Part shown: piece by piece, positions 59,889 to 64,000 of the stretch
Position numbering within the stretch: position 1 is the stretch's first letter
Layout: each line of letters begins with the position of its first letter
Source of the DNA: an uncultured Chlamydiae bacterium
GTDB lineage: Bacteria; Chlamydiota; Chlamydiia; Chlamydiales; SM23-39
Direction: 5' to 3'
NCBI GenBank assembly: GCA_963730605.1
Contig: CAVSSM010000009.1
Coordinates: forward strand, 128,001-192,000
Length of the DNA: 64,000 bases
Notes under the pieces: model-generated
Database searches by the model: none
What the model was told of the DNA's origin: nothing
Seen by the model: only the letters and a program-made list of their open reading frames with translations
Position numbers and translations under genes: made by a program

Positions 59889-61079
59889 TTACTTTGAAGG
59901 AGAAAGGGCGTCGATCCCTGGCAGGTGTCCGAATTCAAGAAATTCCAGCGCTGCGCCCCCCCCAGTTGAGAGGTGAGCGAATTTTTCTCCGAGTCCCATT
60001 TGCTGGATGGCGGCGACCGAATCTCCGCCGCCGATAACGACTTCCGCCGCCGAATTGGCGAGCGCAGTTGCGATCTCAAAAGTTCCTTTAGCAAAATGGG
60101 GCATTTCGAAGACTCCGAGCGGCCCATTCCAAAACACCGTAGCGGCTTTTTGAAGGAGCTTGGACCATTCCTGGATGGTTTCAGGGCCGATGTCCATCCC
60201 TTGCCACCCTTGAGGGATGCCCTCTTTGGATTTGATCACTTTTCGGTTCGCGTCATTGGAGAAGGCGTCGGCGATCACGAGGTCGGAGGGAAGATGGATC
60301 GATTTAGCAGTTTCAAGGATTTCTGACGCCGCCTTCTGTTCCTCTTCTTCAAAGAGGGACGATCCGATCTCGATCCCCTCGGCTTTGAGAAAGGTAAAGG
60401 TCATTCCTCCTCCCAAAAAAAGCGAGTCGACTTTTTTAAGCAGGTTATGGATCACGCCAGCCTTTGTCGAGACCTTCGCGCCGCCGATGATCGCATAGAA
60501 GGGATGGCGGGGGCTTTGGAGAAGGGGGGTCAGATATGAGATTTCCTTTTCCATGAGAAAGCCTGCCGCTGCCTTTCCGGGGAAATGCTTAGCGATGAGG
60601 GCAGTGGAAGCATGAGCTCGATGGGCGGCGCCGAAAGCGTCATTTACATAGAGATCTCCCAGTTCAGCGAGGCTGTCGACAAACGATGGGTCTTTCTCTG
60701 GCTCTTCTTCGCCTAGATGGAAACGGACATTTTCGAGCATGAGGACTTGCCTCGGTCGAAGAGCTTTGGCCATTTTTTCTACTTCGGGCCCGATACAATC
60801 AGGAGCCAAGGGGACGGGCTTATCCAAAAGCTCTGAGAGGCGTTTGGCGACCTTCTCTAGAGAAAATTGGGGATCTGGTTTGGCTTTTGGACGGCCCAAG
60901 TGGCTCATGAGGATCAAAGAGGCGCCATGCGCCAAAATATATTCGATCGAGGGAAGCGCGGCGACAATCCGGGAATCGTCTGTGATTGTCCCGTCTTTCG
61001 ATAGCGGGACGTTAAAATCGACGCGCATCAAGACGCGTTTGCCTTTGAGGGAAAGGTCTTTTAAAGCCAGCTTGTCCAC
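59889..61079 (-). CDS. pgk: Phosphoglycerate kinase
   Basis: RVDFNVP, SHLGRP, LENVRF, NDAFGAAHRAHAS, GGAKV, WNGPLGVFE, STGGGA. Confidence 0.97.
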   Translation of the reverse strand: MDKLALKDLSLKGKRVLMRVDFNVPLSKDGTITDDSRIVAALPSIEYILAHGASLILMSHLGRPKAKPDPQFSLEKVAKRLSELLDKPVPLAPDCIGPEVEKMAKALRPRQVLMLENVRFHLGEEEPEKDPSFVDSLAELGDLYVNDAFGAAHRAHASTALIAKHFPGKAAAGFLMEKEISYLTPLLQSPRHPFYAIIGGAKVSTKAGVIHNLLKKVDSLFLGGGMTFTFLKAEGIEIGSSLFEEEEQKAASEILETAKSIHLPSDLVIADAFSNDANRKVIKSKEGIPQGWQGMDIGPETIQEWSKLLQKAATVFWNGPLGVFEMPHFAKGTFEIATALANSAAEVVIGGGDSVAAIQQMGLGEKFAHLSTGGGAALEFLEFGHLPGIDALSPSK

Positions 61080-61552
61080 TCTCCCCAAACTACTTGAAAA
61101 CTTGTGAATTTGACAAGGATCTGCTCAAAATTTACACCAAATGAAAACCAGTTGTCTTCCATCAATGGTAGGAGTACAATCCTTTAAACGAATCGAGACG
61201 CTCACAAATAACCCAGATCAGGCTGCTAGGACGTCGGTAAAAAACATGTAGTAAAAATAGTCGCCTGAATTTTCTCAGTCGCTACAATCGGTGGGCCTGC
61301 GACAAAATTTTAGAAAAACTTGGGATTGTCGACTGTTTTGTAATCTAACTGCTATTGCACTGCCTGTTTTTAATATAAATAATGTAGGAAAGAGATCAGA
61401 TGCAAGTAGCCCAAGCTTCCTCTTGCGCAACAAGACTTTTTTCACAGCCTCAAGTTCAAAATCATCAGCAAAAACCAGGCTGGAAAACGGTTGTTTTTGA
61501 TTTTTTCAAACAACTCCCGAATAGCGGTTATCAGCGCTTGCCTTCCTTTAAA

Positions 61553-64000
61553 ATGCCTAGCATCGTAGTTATACCTCGACAAGGACTACAAACCTTAGGT
61601 GCTCAAGCAAGTTCCTTCACCTCCTGGCTACCTTCTTGTAAACTCTTCACCAACAGAGCCTCCTCTGCCCTCCCCCAAGATCTCGCTCTCAAAATAAAAC
61701 GGCTGGACAATGGTTTGACATACTACGTGCGTAACAATCATTATCCCTTGCCAGGAAAAGCCTATTTTCATCTTGTGATCCGTGCCGGTATGCTCAATGA
61801 AACCGAGCGAGAAAAGGGGATTGCCCATTTAGTCGAACACATCGCTCAAACCGAAACGGCCCATTTTTCTAAACATGAAATCACAGAATACCTGCACTCG
61901 AAAGGAGTCCGTTGGGGAAGAGACGCCAACGCCCATACGGCTCCTCAAGAGACTGTGTACAAACTAGCCATTCCATTGGATGATCCTGATACTCTGGAAA
62001 AAGCCATTTTTATTCTCAGCGAAGTGGCCTCCAAGGCCACCTTGTCCGACGAGATCATAGAAAATGAAAGAGAAATCGTCATAGACGAACTCAAGCTACG
62101 CGAGAGCGTTTCCCTCCGCTATACCAAGGAGAAATTACGGATTGCATCTGAAGGGACTCCTTATGCTACGCTAATCGACAGAGCTAAGGAAATCAAATCG
62201 GTCAAGGAATGTCCCGCGGATACGATCCGGGCTTTCTATAAACGATGGTATCAGCCCGAAAATATCGCTCTGATCGCCGTTGGCGATTTTGATCCAAATC
62301 AGACAAGCAAGTTAATCGAGAAATATTTTGGTAATATCCCAACCTTCAAAAGCCCCCTTTCGAAATACAACTATTGCATCAAGGAAAAGAGAGCCTCTCG
62401 AATTCTCTGTTTTTCCGACCCTGAAATGACTAAATCCAAGGTCGAAATCCACTATCAGCTTCCTCCGCTGAAGTATCATGGGATCGTCGATAGGAAAGTG
62501 GTAGAGCGAAATCTTACAGCCTTTCTTTTCAAAACCATTTTCAATCAGCGCTTAGCCGAATGCGCCGAAGAAGAAAAATTTCCATTTGTCCGTGCCGCCT
62601 GTAATCTAGGCGAAACAATCCCAGATTGGCCTTCTTTCGAACTCTCTGCCCAAGCCAAGGAAGGCCAAATTCCCCTTGCATTCAAACAATTGCTGCTCGA
62701 AATCAAGCGGATCAAAGCATTTGGATTTTTGCAAAGCGAATTCGATCGGGCCAAAAAATCTCTCCTCGCAGGGTACGATCATTTAATTTTGGAAAAAGGG
62801 AAGACCTCAACCAATACATTCATCGGCCAATATCAATCCCATTTCATCCACAATCAGCCGCTGCCAGATATCGACGAAATGATCCTGCTGAAAAGGGAGA
62901 TTCTCGGGCAAATCAACTTAGATGCTGTCAATGCCATGACTTCCTATCTTCTGCCCAACCATTGTCTCATCCTTACTGCTGAGCCAAAAAAAACCGGCTT
63001 ATCCCCTGTTACGCCAGAAATCTTAAAAAGAGAGATCTCAAACGCAGCAAAGGAAAAAATCTTACCTCCGACCGCAGAACCGCTCGATCAGCCCCTTCTC
63101 AAACACCCGCCTATCCCTGAAGAAATCGATATCACTCGATTTCACAAAAAAATCAATGTCACAGAATACACCTTAAAAAACGGGCTGAGGGTGTTGGTAA
63201 AGCCAACAACTTTTGAAAACAACCGAGTTGTCTTGAAAGCCTATTCTCCCCGAGGGATTCGCGATGCAAAACTCCAAGAACTCGTCTCCGCTAAATTCAG
63301 TGAAGATTTCTTCGATGCTTGCGGTATTGGCGACTTCGACCGCAAGACCCTTAGGAAAATCCTCCAAGAGAAACAAATCACTTACGGCACCTCTATCCAT
63401 CCTTATCGGACAAGCATTCATGCAACTGCAGTGCCTAAAGACTTAGAATCTATTTTCCAGCTCTCTCATCTCTTGTTCACAAATCCAGGTTATGATCGAA
63501 CGGCTTTTGAAAGAGCTTTGGAAAAGAAAAAAGAGAATCTCCGAAATCAACGCAATGATCCAGACGCCATCTATCATCGCGAATACCTCGCCATAAACAC
63601 GCAAAACCATCCTGAACTCAAATCGCTTACCCTTGATGATCTGAAACTCATTGACTACGAAGTTTGTAAGAATTTCCATCGAAAGCTGCACTTGAATCCT
63701 GCCGATTTTACCATCATCATCACAGGTGCTGTTCAAGAGCAAAAATTGAAGCAACTGATCGAATGCTACTTGGCAACCATTCCCAAAATCGGCAAAAAAG
63801 ATCCAAGGCGCGATTATCCACCTGTCCCCCTACCTCCAGGCATCACTCGGAAAGATGTGGTGACTGGTAAGACTAACTCCCTCTCTATTTTGACCTTCCC
63901 TGCCCCGATTCGCGACACATTTAAGGAAACATGCTTATCGAAATGGTGCTGCGCTCTTCTCGAATGGCGCCTCAATAAAATACTCCGATTTGAAATGGGC
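61553..64000 (+). CDS. M16 (insulinase/PqqL-like) zinc peptidase, partial
   Basis: Manual translation: MPSIVV...KRLDNGLTYYVR...EREKGIAHLVEH (HxxEH), NAHT, FYKRWYQPEN..LIAVGD, second-half LKNGLRVL; runs off the window end. Confidence 0.88.
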   Translation, partial: MPSIVVIPRQGLQTLGAQASSFTSWLPSCKLFTNRASSALPQDLALKIKRLDNGLTYYVRNNHYPLPGKAYFHLVIRAGMLNETEREKGIAHLVEHIAQTETAHFSKHEITEYLHSKGVRWGRDANAHTAPQETVYKLAIPLDDPDTLEKAIFILSEVASKATLSDEIIENEREIVIDELKLRESVSLRYTKEKLRIASEGTPYATLIDRAKEIKSVKECPADTIRAFYKRWYQPENIALIAVGDFDPNQTSKLIEKYFGNIPTFKSPLSKYNYCIKEKRASRILCFSDPEMTKSKVEIHYQLPPLKYHGIVDRKVVERNLTAFLFKTIFNQRLAECAEEEKFPFVRAACNLGETIPDWPSFELSAQAKEGQIPLAFKQLLLEIKRIKAFGFLQSEFDRAKKSLLAGYDHLILEKGKTSTNTFIGQYQSHFIHNQPLPDIDEMILLKREILGQINLDAVNAMTSYLLPNHCLILTAEPKKTGLSPVTPEILKREISNAAKEKILPPTAEPLDQPLLKHPPIPEEIDITRFHKKINVTEYTLKNGLRVLVKPTTFENNRVVLKAYSPRGIRDAKLQELVSAKFSEDFFDACGIGDFDRKTLRKILQEKQITYGTSIHPYRTSIHATAVPKDLESIFQLSHLLFTNPGYDRTAFERALEKKKENLRNQRNDPDAIYHREYLAINTQNHPELKSLTLDDLKLIDYEVCKNFHRKLHLNPADFTIIITGAVQEQKLKQLIECYLATIPKIGKKDPRRDYPPVPLPPGITRKDVVTGKTNSLSILTFPAPIRDTFKETCLSKWCCALLEWRLNKILRFEMG

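Noticed and set aside
61141..61500. Short broken ORFs between pgk and the M16 peptidase
   Set aside because: Possibly a gene remnant, but no recognisable motif or continuous frame

Overview
Chromosomal segment of an environmental chlamydia (phylum Chlamydiota). This assignment rests on euo, an Npt nucleotide transporter, Asp-type MurA, a giant SecDF and chlamydia-like gene orders (cmk/plsC-cdsA-uppS...secDF-recJ-euo-tsp-gltX; cysJ-ispF-ATP-grasp; rho-coaE-polA-sppA...pgsA-npt). The core genes are interspersed with accessory DNA. (i) At least eight ~160-290 bp miniature inverted-repeat elements carry four kinds of ends yet share internal modules; several sit within 0-5 bp of start codons or on a stop codon of core genes. 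(ii) A decayed IS982 carries a nested miniature element. (iii) An intact IS1634 is flanked by a ~1.16 kb direct repeat that duplicates a whole effector-like gene. (iv) Several candidate host-directed proteins are present, including a tandem-repeat protein with a predicted permuted papain-like His/Cys domain. Small features missed by the ORF track are tRNA-Leu(CAG), a 42-aa lipoprotein, a 39-aa P/Q/K/A peptide gene, a CIRCE operator and a structured RNA candidate between recJ and euo. Multiple frameshifts in groEL, rho, coaE and polA (45.3-50.8 kb) are most likely assembly errors. All assignments come from reading the sequence; no searches were run.
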